From NCBI GenBank assembly GCA_944362705.1, contig CALVTO010000002.1:12818-76817 (forward strand): a stretch of 64,000 nt of DNA, read 5' to 3'. Source of the DNA: an uncultured Clostridia bacterium (lineage in GTDB: Bacteria; Bacillota; Clostridia; Christensenellales; UBA1242). The translations under genes and the position numbers were made by a program. This document shows positions 55,520 to 64,000 of the stretch, in pieces. The stretch's first letter is position 1. Each line of letters opens with the position of its first letter. The notes beneath the pieces were generated by a model. It saw only the letters and a list, made by a program, of their open reading frames with translations. It searched no databases and had not been told where the DNA came from.

Positions 55520-56512
55520 TTACACACTTTCATACACCACTTCGAAAGCGTTTTCGTTGGTTAGTTGCAAGCGGCCGTTTTGTATATCTTCTAATGAAAT
55601 AAATTCCTGTACCCCATTACGCATAACACGCAAACCTACCGCTTGATAGGAAGCATCACAAGTTGTAATTTCTCTTAGCAATGTTTCCAACATACTTGTT
55701 CCCGCTTTAAACGTAAAATGGTATGTAAATGTATAGTTGTTGAAAGATAGATTTAAGTAATCGTTAATCCAATACCCACCTTGCCCATCATCCACAAACA
55801 CTTGCCCCATAACACTAAACGAAACTTCTTGGGCTTTGTATTCTACTTGTATGCTCGCGTTGGCTACGGTTTGATACGAAAGTATAATTGCTTGCTCCGT
55901 TATTTCTACCGCGAGACCTAATTCATGCTGAATATACTTTCCTATATTTGTGGATAAATTCCATGTAGCGCCAGAAAGTGAGCCATCACCATTTTCTGTA
56001 AAGTTAATTGTGAAATCTTGCTGGGTGGTTGTAAACGCTTGCAATACAATTTGTGAAATTTGATAAAACTCTCTTTGGGCAATAGTAATAGATGGATGAT
56101 GTTTATCTATATATTGCACCGAAGATTGAGAGGTTTCGTTTTGATAATTTTGTGTAAGGGATATGGTATATTGTTGGTAAAATGAAACAACTATGGTTTG
56201 ATTTGCTTGTACGTTATCTAACTTTAACTCATAATTTTGCATACCTACAACACCTTGTAATGTGTTGCCATTTTGCGTAACACTATCTATAAAATACCCT
56301 TTGTTGGCTTGTATGGAAACGGTTACACTATTTCCCTTTTTTATGGTAGTTGTACCATTAGGTGAAACTACACCTCCCTCGTTTGCCGAAACAGATATCG
56401 TGTAAAAAACATCTGCAGGCGTTGTGGGTTCTGTTTGACAAGATGCAAAAAGAAGACATGGTAGACATATCGCACAAATGATGAAACTAATACGCTTAAT
56501 TATTTTTAACAT
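55520..56512 (-). CDS. Putative lipoprotein with a divergent InlB B-repeat-like domain, 330 aa (locus gene C)
   Basis: A signal sequence ending LLFASC-QTE (lipobox-like). YTISVSANEGGVVSPNGTTTIKKGNSVTVSIQANKGYFIDSVTQNGNTL matches the pattern of the divergent InlB B-repeat family. Confidence 0.7.
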   Translation of the reverse strand: MLKIIKRISFIICAICLPCLLFASCQTEPTTPADVFYTISVSANEGGVVSPNGTTTIKKGNSVTVSIQANKGYFIDSVTQNGNTLQGVVGMQNYELKLDNVQANQTIVVSFYQQYTISLTQNYQNETSQSSVQYIDKHHPSITIAQREFYQISQIVLQAFTTTQQDFTINFTENGDGSLSGATWNLSTNIGKYIQHELGLAVEITEQAIILSYQTVANASIQVEYKAQEVSFSVMGQVFVDDGQGGYWINDYLNLSFNNYTFTYHFTFKAGTSMLETLLREITTCDASYQAVGLRVMRNGVQEFISLEDIQNGRLQLTNENAFEVVYESV

Positions 56513-56525
56513 ATTTTTCCCTTTT

Positions 56526-57113
56526 TTATTTTACAATACCATAAATTGTAATGATGGACGCAGAACTATTTAAAACAGATTCTGCAGTTAAAATTTGCCC
56601 ATTTGTTTTATCGCCTAGGCGCCATTCAATAGTTTTACCTGCAACCACCGGAAACGTAATTGGTTGTAACATAGGTTGCGGAACTGTTGCTTGGGTTGGT
56701 GCGCCTGTTAAGTCGACCCAGGTTTCTGTATCGTTTTCTACTAATACAAACTTAATATTCACTAATTTATAATCGAACACGACTTCAATGGTGGTATCCA
56801 TTTGAATATTTTGCACCGTGTACTCATAGTAATTTGTATTATAGGTGTTTTTTTCAAGTTCGACGCCATTGACGATAATGTTTGCAATTTCAAAACCATT
56901 AGCGGCACTAATGACGAATTTTTGATTTTTACCTTGTTCTAGCGTTGTCGTACCTTCTGGCGTAATTGTTCCACCTTCGCCTTTTTCGCCAAAGGTAGAA
57001 CTTACATAAGCTGTAATACGATACGTTTTTTCTTTACATGCAGAAAACATGAACGGAACAAAACTCAACACGACTGCACACATGATAATAGATAAAAATT
57101 TACGAATTTTCAT
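56526..57113 (-). CDS. Putative lipoprotein with a divergent InlB B-repeat-like domain, 195 aa (locus gene B)
   Basis: A signal sequence ending FMFSAC-KEK. YRITAYVSS..GEGGTITPEGTTTLEQGKNQKFVISAANGFEIANIIVNGVEL. Confidence 0.7.
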   Translation of the reverse strand: MKIRKFLSIIMCAVVLSFVPFMFSACKEKTYRITAYVSSTFGEKGEGGTITPEGTTTLEQGKNQKFVISAANGFEIANIIVNGVELEKNTYNTNYYEYTVQNIQMDTTIEVVFDYKLVNIKFVLVENDTETWVDLTGAPTQATVPQPMLQPITFPVVAGKTIEWRLGDKTNGQILTAESVLNSSASIITIYGIVK

Positions 57114-57121
57114 ATACGCTT

Positions 57122-60100
57122 TTACACTCCTTTTTGTTTGTATACTTGATATACGTAGTATTGGTCATCGACATTCGTTTCGTTAGTAAACCAATGCGCT
57201 TCGATTGGTGCATCACCACACATAACACCATCTTCCGTAAGCAATAAATAGGTTTCGAACGTTTGCTGTTCTTTGAAATATACCCAACCAGCCCACGTTA
57301 GCGAAGCATCTGGTAAGAAACTTGTAGATTCAACTGGAAGATCGACCGTTAAGTCGGTGATCAAATCGAACCGTTGTACGCCCTGACTATCGGCTTCGAA
57401 ATATGCTTCAAATGTTTGGTTTTGATATTTTATAATGCTTGTTTGAAGGTTTATTTCAACTTCGTCGATGGGAATGGATGTTTCTGTTGCCACTCCATTG
57501 ACAACAACAACATAGCCAACAGAATTCTTTTCTACATAGTAGTTGATATACACACAGTTATTTTCATCAAAAGAGAACTGCTCTTCGTGCTGTACATACG
57601 CTTGATCTTGGGCACTATAATAGTAAAACACCGCACTTTGTTTTAGCGCTACTTTATACATTGCAGAAATGACCACATTGGTTGACAATGTAAACGCTAT
57701 TTGTTGCAAATCTGTGAAATCTTTTGCGTAAGCGTTTTCTGTTAGTTCTGGTAAATTAAACTCGTTATCAACAAAATTATAATACAACCCTGTGTTGGTA
57801 GATTGAATGACCCAACCTATAAACTCTAAACGATAATGCGATGGAACGGGTATTGAATTTGGTATAGAATATAGACTTTGTGCGAACTCTTGCGTATAAA
57901 GTGCAAGTTGTTTTTGTGTTTGAACAGATTGATTATATGCATCGATGACCTGTACTTGATACGTTTGTTGTGCAAAGAAGCCATGCTCGTTTTTTACCGT
58001 AATTTCTTCAAGAAGATAATCGATGGTAATGGTTTTTGTGTATGTGTTGCTAGATTGCACGACAATGGCCTTTGATGGATGATACATTTGATTTTCTGCA
58101 TTGTTTACATTGGTTGTTGTTACAAATGTGATGTTTGCGGACAAGTTTTCGTTCCACTCGCTTGTAGTAGCAATGGTAACGCCTTGTATGGTAAGCCCTT
58201 GGTTTACATAATAGAATGCATTTGGGGTGAAGGTAATAATGACGCTTTCACCATACTCGTATTCTTGTTTGTTAAATGTAATAGAGCCATATTCCAAATT
58301 TTCAATATTTGGTGCCCGAAACGTTTTGATTTGCCACTGCGCAACGGCAGACGTTGCGTTTTGCATAAACCATTCTTCCCCTAATGTGGTGGCATTAACT
58401 ACTATGGTTTGCCCTGCTTGATACGTTTGCGCGCCCATTAGCCAACCTAGAAAATTGTACCCAGCACTTGTGGCAGTTGGTAATGTATAAGAAGTATTGT
58501 ATTTGAGTTTGACAGATGTTGTGTCGACTTTAAAGGTGTGTTCATCTTTTAACCCTGTATTGTTTATGATAAAGCTAAGTGTGAACTCTTTTTCTACCCA
58601 TTTTGATGTGAGCGTAACATTATTTGCATGATGCCAATTGCCACTTGAAAGTAGTGAATTAGACGCAACCAAATTTCCGTTTGCATCATAAATTTGCTCA
58701 TCTCCGTAATACCAACCAGCAAATGTATACCCTATGGTTGTAGGAACATTTACTTTGGTTTGCAAAGCTGTATCGTATGTAATGGTTATATTTTTTTGCG
58801 AATTTTGGTACCTATCGCTACCTATGCCTGAAATTTTAAAGGATATGGTATATGGATTTGCTTGCCAGTAAGCAACGATTTGTATAGAGGTATTTGCATT
58901 GGTTGGTGCGAGCACTATTTCCTCTTCATATAGTTTTGTAATACCTTCGACAAGTAAGAAATTACCTTGCGCATCGGTTAATTTATACTCTCGCCCTTGC
59001 AGAATGACATACATGCCAAGATATGTGTACCCTGTTGCAGACGCGGTTAGCGTTTGCCCGTTTAAAACGGTATCGTATGGCAGTTTAAAGCCACGAGGAT
59101 TATCAATAGATGAAGCAGATGACGGTATTTGAACCTGTATGGTACTTGTACCCACGGTTGCCATTTGATAAGTAAACTGTACATTGTTTACTTGCCAATG
59201 TGCATAAAGTGTAAGATTTTGCCCACCAACATAATATATATTCGTTTTTTCGCCATCGAATGTTAAATCTGACAAATACCCATTGTTGCCGTTAGGAGAA
59301 ACAATTTCACCGCTAGCATTTATGATTTGTATGCCTTTACCATTTGGACCATTTGGCTTCGTATAAAAGCCCATAAACGTATAGCCGTTGGCTTGCGGTA
59401 AAAAGCCTGAAGTGTTTTGTATAAACCCACAATAGTACCACGTTTGCGTTGTAGGCATGTTTTGTATGGTACTAAAACCTGTTTGCGGTGTTTTGAACGA
59501 AATTTCGTAAGCTTTTGGCGTGAATTCTACGTACAAATATAAGTTTTGGTTGATTGTAAGCTTCTTAACAAGTTGCGTGCCACCTGTAATATACGTAGTG
59601 TAAGCTGAAATAATGTCCGTTTCGGCAGGTTTACCATTAAATACTTGCTTTCCACTAAAATACACGGTTACATCATAATTTGGATTGGCTGATAGCGTTA
59701 AATTGTAACCCTTTGTAATAATTGCTTCAGTTAACTGGACTTGTATTTTGGTGAGTTCTCCCTCATCCCCAATAATGTAACAAGATTCGTAAGCGTTATA
59801 CTCGCCATCTACGACACCGCTTGACGGATATGTGTATTGTATGCTTATTGTGTAGGAAGCGGACAATTCTATTGAATATTGCAAATATGAGCACCTTTGA
59901 TTTGCTTGCTTATTGAAATGTGGATAAGAAACCTCTTTAGATGATTGGAATAAAAATGGATCTATGGCAGAAAAGTTGCCTGTATTTACGGTTTGTGTTT
60001 CTAGTAGAACTTGAAGTACGAACTTCTTGTTACTATCGTGATATAAAATAGGAAATTGTTCGTTTGTTGGCGTATATTGAAAATACGGCTCACCATCATT

Positions 60101-61660
60101 AGGAATATACTTTAAATTTTCAAACTCCCAACCCAATTTTAATCCTGACCAATTAGAAGAAACATTGGATAAACCACCATCAACCTCAAACGCCAGATAT
60201 TGGTGACACGTAATCTGTAATGCAACCGTACCATACAAACCATGAATGGTAAGTGTTGCCATTTGAGGATCGGTAACTTCTTGTGCGTGCAACACGCCTT
60301 CTTCAACGGAAATAGCGCTAGGCGTGTTATCAATTTTTTCAGCGCCGTTTTGGGTAACATAATTTTTTAGACTGTCTGTCTCATTGATAAACCCTATCCA
60401 ACTCGTGCCTAACCAATTTTGAAAAGCCGCATTTGTGTAGGTTTTTGTGTAGGGTTCTGTGCGTTTATTATTTCTTGTAAGCACCATGGAAGAAATGTAG
60501 TAACCGTTGCCTTGGCTTTCGTTGCCTTGGCTTTCGTTGCCTTGGCTTTTATATTTTGGACTAAACTTTAACGTAAACGTTTGCCCTACAAAAATTTCAA
60601 ATTTGCCTGTTGTTGGTGTTTGCCAATTTTGAACAACAGAACCATCTTCGTTTTTTATTTGTATATAAAAATTGACATAGTTAGAAAGCGTGCTGAAATT
60701 TGGTATAGAGATTTTGGTTACTAACTGTTCGGTTTTTACATCTAGCGTGTTATTACCACGGAAGAAACCTACAGAGTTAGATATTTCACCATACTGCACC
60801 GCATGTTTTGCTCCGTTTTCTTCTTCAATAAAAGTGACCTGCGACCTTTTGAAATTAGTAGCTGTTTGGTATACACTATTTCCCCATGCACAAGCAGTTA
60901 ATTTATATTTATAAATATTTGTGTAGGAAGCGTTTGCAATTTTTGTTGCTTCGACTTTAAATTTTACTACGGAACTATATGTTATATTTGATATAGTGAT
61001 ACTACCATTAGCATTGGTGCTTGTATTAGATGGATCATCAACGGAAATATCCGAAACTACAAATGCGCTACTGTGCGGAATGGTGAGTGACCAAACGTGC
61101 TGGGCACTTTCGGCAGAAAAGTGTTGCGATTGCGTAATATTTGCTATTTTGTATGTTGCGATATAGGTGGCATTCTCATCTGCCTTATATTCACACTTAA
61201 TCTTGTTTGATGTTTTTGACGTATCTATTAGATTATACGTAGCCATATTGGCATTTTTTATATCGCTGCTTGCTGTGTATTGCGTAAGCGTTTCGCCTAC
61301 ATTCCCTGTTGTAATGCTTTGTATGTAATCCCCACGCGTGGCAGTGATTGTAAATTCTACGGTATCACCATAATTTACGGAAACACGGTCGGTATAGGTT
61401 AGGCCTGTGTCTTGTAGACTCCCGTTTGCACTCCACCGCGTATATGTTATCGTTAAGTTGGTTTGATTTTGTGTGGCTGTGTTTTGCAACAAAGATGCGT
61501 TTTGGATATAGATACCACTATTGACTGGGGTGTTGACAATAGGTGCGGTTGTTGTTTGCGACGTTTTTTTAGAAAATAAAGAAAACGAGCCCACCGCTAC
61601 AAGTACAGACGACAGGCAAATAACCATTACTATGACAAACGCAAACCACTTATGTTTCAT
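57122..61660 (-). CDS. Large anchored surface protein with Listeria-Bacteroides (Flg_new / InlB-B type) repeats, about 1,512 aa (locus gene A)
   Basis: Start at ATG 61660, with GGGGG 6 nt upstream. The N-terminus MKHKWFAFVIVMVICLSSVLVAVGSF is hydrophobic. At least five repeat cores are present: GYTFMGFYTKPNG, GYTYLGMYV, GYTFAGWYYGDEQIYDANGNLV, GYNFLGWLMG and LEFIGWVIQ, each followed by a ..A.W / ..W strand. I see no LPXTG. Confidence 0.85.
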   Translation of the reverse strand: MKHKWFAFVIVMVICLSSVLVAVGSFSLFSKKTSQTTTAPIVNTPVNSGIYIQNASLLQNTATQNQTNLTITYTRWSANGSLQDTGLTYTDRVSVNYGDTVEFTITATRGDYIQSITTGNVGETLTQYTASSDIKNANMATYNLIDTSKTSNKIKCEYKADENATYIATYKIANITQSQHFSAESAQHVWSLTIPHSSAFVVSDISVDDPSNTSTNANGSITISNITYSSVVKFKVEATKIANASYTNIYKYKLTACAWGNSVYQTATNFKRSQVTFIEEENGAKHAVQYGEISNSVGFFRGNNTLDVKTEQLVTKISIPNFSTLSNYVNFYIQIKNEDGSVVQNWQTPTTGKFEIFVGQTFTLKFSPKYKSQGNESQGNESQGNGYYISSMVLTRNNKRTEPYTKTYTNAAFQNWLGTSWIGFINETDSLKNYVTQNGAEKIDNTPSAISVEEGVLHAQEVTDPQMATLTIHGLYGTVALQITCHQYLAFEVDGGLSNVSSNWSGLKLGWEFENLKYIPNDGEPYFQYTPTNEQFPILYHDSNKKFVLQVLLETQTVNTGNFSAIDPFLFQSSKEVSYPHFNKQANQRCSYLQYSIELSASYTISIQYTYPSSGVVDGEYNAYESCYIIGDEGELTKIQVQLTEAIITKGYNLTLSANPNYDVTVYFSGKQVFNGKPAETDIISAYTTYITGGTQLVKKLTINQNLYLYVEFTPKAYEISFKTPQTGFSTIQNMPTTQTWYYCGFIQNTSGFLPQANGYTFMGFYTKPNGPNGKGIQIINASGEIVSPNGNNGYLSDLTFDGEKTNIYYVGGQNLTLYAHWQVNNVQFTYQMATVGTSTIQVQIPSSASSIDNPRGFKLPYDTVLNGQTLTASATGYTYLGMYVILQGREYKLTDAQGNFLLVEGITKLYEEEIVLAPTNANTSIQIVAYWQANPYTISFKISGIGSDRYQNSQKNITITYDTALQTKVNVPTTIGYTFAGWYYGDEQIYDANGNLVASNSLLSSGNWHHANNVTLTSKWVEKEFTLSFIINNTGLKDEHTFKVDTTSVKLKYNTSYTLPTATSAGYNFLGWLMGAQTYQAGQTIVVNATTLGEEWFMQNATSAVAQWQIKTFRAPNIENLEYGSITFNKQEYEYGESVIITFTPNAFYYVNQGLTIQGVTIATTSEWNENLSANITFVTTTNVNNAENQMYHPSKAIVVQSSNTYTKTITIDYLLEEITVKNEHGFFAQQTYQVQVIDAYNQSVQTQKQLALYTQEFAQSLYSIPNSIPVPSHYRLEFIGWVIQSTNTGLYYNFVDNEFNLPELTENAYAKDFTDLQQIAFTLSTNVVISAMYKVALKQSAVFYYYSAQDQAYVQHEEQFSFDENNCVYINYYVEKNSVGYVVVVNGVATETSIPIDEVEINLQTSIIKYQNQTFEAYFEADSQGVQRFDLITDLTVDLPVESTSFLPDASLTWAGWVYFKEQQTFETYLLLTEDGVMCGDAPIEAHWFTNETNVDDQYYVYQVYKQKGV
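60506..60550 (-). repeat. In-frame 15-nt tandem repeat x3 inside gene A, encoding (QGNES)2-QGN..
   Basis: The plus strand reads gttgccttggctttc three times; the last copy ends in t. Confidence 0.9.
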
Positions 61661-61724
61661 ACAACCCCCAAGCACGCTTTTTATTTTGCTAAACTAAAAC
61701 AAATATATAAACATATATATTTGT

Positions 61725-61753
61725 ATTTTACCATAGCAAAAAAATTTTACCAA
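61725..61753 (-). promoter_or_regulatory. Putative promoter of locus genes A-B-C
   Basis: The minus strand reads TTGGTA (61753-61748), 17 nt, TGG-TAAAAT (61730-61725), preceded by an A9 tract (plus-strand T9 at 61768-61776). Confidence 0.5.
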
Positions 61754-61820
61754 ACATTTGTAAACACTTTTTTTTTATATGTATAGTTAGTTTGCGAAAA
61801 CCACAATAGAAGTATGTATA

Positions 61821-61847
61821 AAAAAAGTAACCTACACCGGTTACTTT
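61821..61847 (-). terminator. Terminator after the YkvI-like gene
   Basis: The minus strand reads AAAGTAACC-GGTGT-AGGTTACTTT followed by T7. The stem starts at the TAA stop. Confidence 0.7.
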
Positions 61848-62889
61848 ACATGTGAGATATATATTTTTTGACAGCCATACACACCATGAAAATATACACT
61901 AAACCCAATACACCCATAAACGGATATAAAAAGGATATAACTTTTTGAAACCCTAGCGACGCAAATAATGTGCTTCCGCCTAGTACAAGACAAACAGCCA
62001 AGCCTTTGTTATGTTTACATGAAACGGTGAGAATATCGGTTGCGGTTTGCGCAGAGGAAATAAGCGTGGTTACAATACCTAAAAACAACGCTATAAGATA
62101 GAAAATGGTAAACAAAACACCTCGACTTTGCGCTAATTCGTAAAACGGCATAGCACTGGTTTGCATTTCGGTAGGGATTCCCCACAAAGCAACTGTGCCC
62201 ATGCACAAAAAGATAAACAAACAGGTAGATACAAATAAAGACACTTTCCAATTACGTTTTGCTGTAAAGCGACTACCTACATACATAATAACTGACGAGG
62301 TGGTTTGGAGATTCATGCCCGCATATAAAAAACCTGCGATGATAGCATAAAAACACATAACGGGAGAAACTGTTTGTAAAGATACATTGTAAAGGCCTTG
62401 ACGTATAGACAGAGAAGTTACCAACACAAACATGCACAACAAAAATGGAGCAATACATGCGATAACCTTATAACTGCACGAAACACCTTGATACATAATA
62501 TAACCTAGCAAAATTTCTATCGCAAGAATAAACCAAACCACACCTACACCACCTGTAATGTGTTGTATGACCCAAAATAAACCTGCCAACATAGAACAAA
62601 CAATACAAATATGGCTGGTAAAAACAAAACCCTGAAACACTTTTTGCATGTTGCCTTGAAAAAGATAACGATGGAATTGCGTGACGTCTTTGATTTGCAA
62701 ACGTTCTTTTAATGTTAAAAATTGCTGGCATAAAACAAAAAACAAAACAAAGACAATGAAAATGCCGACATACCCCGAGACGCCGTATGCTTGAAAGAAT
62801 GTGTAGATTTCTTTACCTGAAATGAACCCCACGCCCACCATAGTAGCTATGATGGTAGCAAATGCATTCCAGACGGTAGGTTTACGCAT
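61846..62889 (-). CDS. YkvI-like polytopic membrane protein (putative transporter)
   Basis: About 10 hydrophobic segments. The N-terminal ATIIATMVGVGFISGKEIYTFF resembles the YkvI/GerAB-related signature. The family is assigned from memory. Confidence 0.7.
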   Translation of the reverse strand: MRKPTVWNAFATIIATMVGVGFISGKEIYTFFQAYGVSGYVGIFIVFVLFFVLCQQFLTLKERLQIKDVTQFHRYLFQGNMQKVFQGFVFTSHICIVCSMLAGLFWVIQHITGGVGVVWFILAIEILLGYIMYQGVSCSYKVIACIAPFLLCMFVLVTSLSIRQGLYNVSLQTVSPVMCFYAIIAGFLYAGMNLQTTSSVIMYVGSRFTAKRNWKVSLFVSTCLFIFLCMGTVALWGIPTEMQTSAMPFYELAQSRGVLFTIFYLIALFLGIVTTLISSAQTATDILTVSCKHNKGLAVCLVLGGSTLFASLGFQKVISFLYPFMGVLGLVYIFMVCMAVKKYISHM

Positions 62890-62894
62890 AGTAT

Positions 62895-62900
62895 ACTATA
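62895..62900 (-). promoter_or_regulatory. -10 box (TATAGT) 5 nt upstream of the YkvI-like ATG; possible leaderless start
   Basis: The minus strand reads TATAGT-ATACT-ATG(62889). There is no SD within 20 nt. Confidence 0.35.
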
Positions 62901-62964
62901 CGCAATGAAAACCTTTGTATGCCATATTTTAGTAGATTTTATATATGCTATGCGCGACATAACA

Positions 62965-62994
62965 TAAAAAAATTGCGGTATTCCGCAATTTTTG
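62965..62994 (-). terminator. Terminator after the zinc-ribbon gene
   Basis: The minus strand reads ATTGCGG-AATA-CCGCAAT followed by T7. Confidence 0.7.
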
Positions 62995-63012
62995 ATTGTT
63001 ATGTTTGACATA

Positions 63013-63702
63013 TTACTCGTAAATATATCGACCGCAATTTTCGCACTCTACCATCTTTTGTTCTGCAAGTTTCTTTTTCATGGCTGCGGATAATTCCACA
63101 TGACAGCCTGAACATCTGCCCTCTTTTACGGGTACAAAGATTGGGAATGTTTTTGCATCGGCTTTAATTTCGTACATGTGCATAAGTTTAGGATCGACCT
63201 TGCTTTTTTGTTCTTGCATTTGTGCTAACAATGCTTTGATTTCTGGCTCACGTGATGCACGAACGGCATCGTATGCATTTTTATAAGTGGAATAATTCTT
63301 TTTAGCGGTTACGGCATTTTTCATAACCGTTTCTACCTCACGAGAAATTTGTTTGGCTTGAACCGCAAGCGCCGTAACTTCTTTTTCAATTTTGCCCATT
63401 TTATCGGCATAGTCGGCTACAATTTTTTTAATAGACGCAATTTGTTCTGCCGTTGCCTTTTGTGCTTGCGCGTTGAGTTCTTTGGCGCGTTTGTTTAAAT
63501 CTTGCATAAACGCACTTGCTCGTTTATAATTGCGCAAAATGGTTTCTGATGCTGTTTCGAACTTTTGCAATTTTGCCTGACACTCTTTTAAATAGTTTTG
63601 CATATCGGCTGCTTTTTTACGTTCATCGCTACTCGCAATTTCGGCGTCGATTTTACGCTTTTTGGCATCGATTTGTTGATATTTTAATAATTCTTCTTGC
63701 AT
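63013..63702 (-). CDS. Coiled-coil protein with a C-terminal C4 zinc ribbon (COG1579/DUF164-like)
   Basis: A long heptad-like K/E/A/Q-rich region, then CSGCHVELS...(17 aa)...CENCGRYIY. An AAGGAGAAA SD is present. Confidence 0.75.
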   Translation of the reverse strand: MQEELLKYQQIDAKKRKIDAEIASSDERKKAADMQNYLKECQAKLQKFETASETILRNYKRASAFMQDLNKRAKELNAQAQKATAEQIASIKKIVADYADKMGKIEKEVTALAVQAKQISREVETVMKNAVTAKKNYSTYKNAYDAVRASREPEIKALLAQMQEQKSKVDPKLMHMYEIKADAKTFPIFVPVKEGRCSGCHVELSAAMKKKLAEQKMVECENCGRYIYE

Positions 63703-63712
63703 ACATTTCTCC

Positions 63713-64000
63713 TTAGTCTAAATAATCTTTTAGTTTTTTGCTACGGCTTGGATGACGTAATTTTTTAAGCGCTTTTGCTTCAATTTGACGTATACGCTCA
63801 CGCGTTACATTAAATTCTTTGCCTACTTCTTCAAGCGTTCTTGGGTGACCATCTTCAATACCATACCTTAGCATAATAACTTTTTGCTCTCTTGGTGTGA
63901 GTGTAGTAAGCACATCGAGCAGTTGTTCTTTAAGCATTAGGTTTGTTGCAGCATCGGCTGGCGACAACGCCGTTTTATCTTGCAAAAAGGTTTCTAGGTT
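63713..64000 (-). CDS. rpoD: Primary sigma-70 factor, C-terminal region 4 (the gene starts beyond the right edge)
   Basis: ...[62 protein letters not shown]. The frame is open to the window edge; the track's 'M' at 63985 is an internal TTG (Leu). Confidence 0.9.
   Translation of the reverse strand, partial: NLETFLQDKTALSPADAATNLMLKEQLLDVLTTLTPREQKVIMLRYGIEDGHPRTLEEVGKEFNVTRERIRQIEAKALKKLRHPSRSKKLKDYLD

Overview
A 64-kb chromosomal segment from a low-GC, Bacillota (Firmicutes)-like genome using the standard genetic code (TGA is a stop, for example at 32287-32289). I cannot place it taxonomically more precisely from sequence alone. Almost every gene is on the minus strand; only four protein genes and two tRNA-Leu genes are on the plus strand.

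The backbone is housekeeping:
- a type IIA topoisomerase B/A gene pair
- murG
- a DUF1538 membrane protein with two P-II-like genes
- a WYL-type regulator
- an 8-gene operon running from a pdp-like gene to ddl (pdp-like, deoC-like, tsaE, tsaB, rimI, hydrolase, murF, ddl)
- an ABC-like gene followed by nth, obg and yhbY
- hpf
- ctsR-mcsA-mcsB-clpC
- polA
- the 3' end of rpoD

Two accessory, surface-protein regions stand out:
1. About 20.7 kb carrying two BspA-type leucine-rich-repeat (LRR) genes sits between the topoisomerase B and A subunit genes. One of these genes is a 17.8-kb ORF of about 5,936 aa. Its C-terminal third is a near-identical, cassette-like repeat array.
2. An 11-kb, five-gene locus (50.7-61.7 kb) encodes anchored or lipoprotein-like proteins with InlB-B / Listeria-Bacteroides repeats, plus two large proteins I cannot assign to any family.

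Other observations:
- a deoC-like gene lacks all catalytic residues
- murF has a polytopic membrane domain in place of its N-terminal domain
- an orphan ABC-ATPase-like gene has degenerate motifs
- at least five genes look leaderless, with a -10 box 5-7 nt upstream of the ATG and no Shine-Dalgarno (SD) sequence

I saw no rRNA, CRISPR array, transposase, integrase or phage genes. All family assignments rest on motifs I recognise by eye and need HMM/BLAST confirmation.
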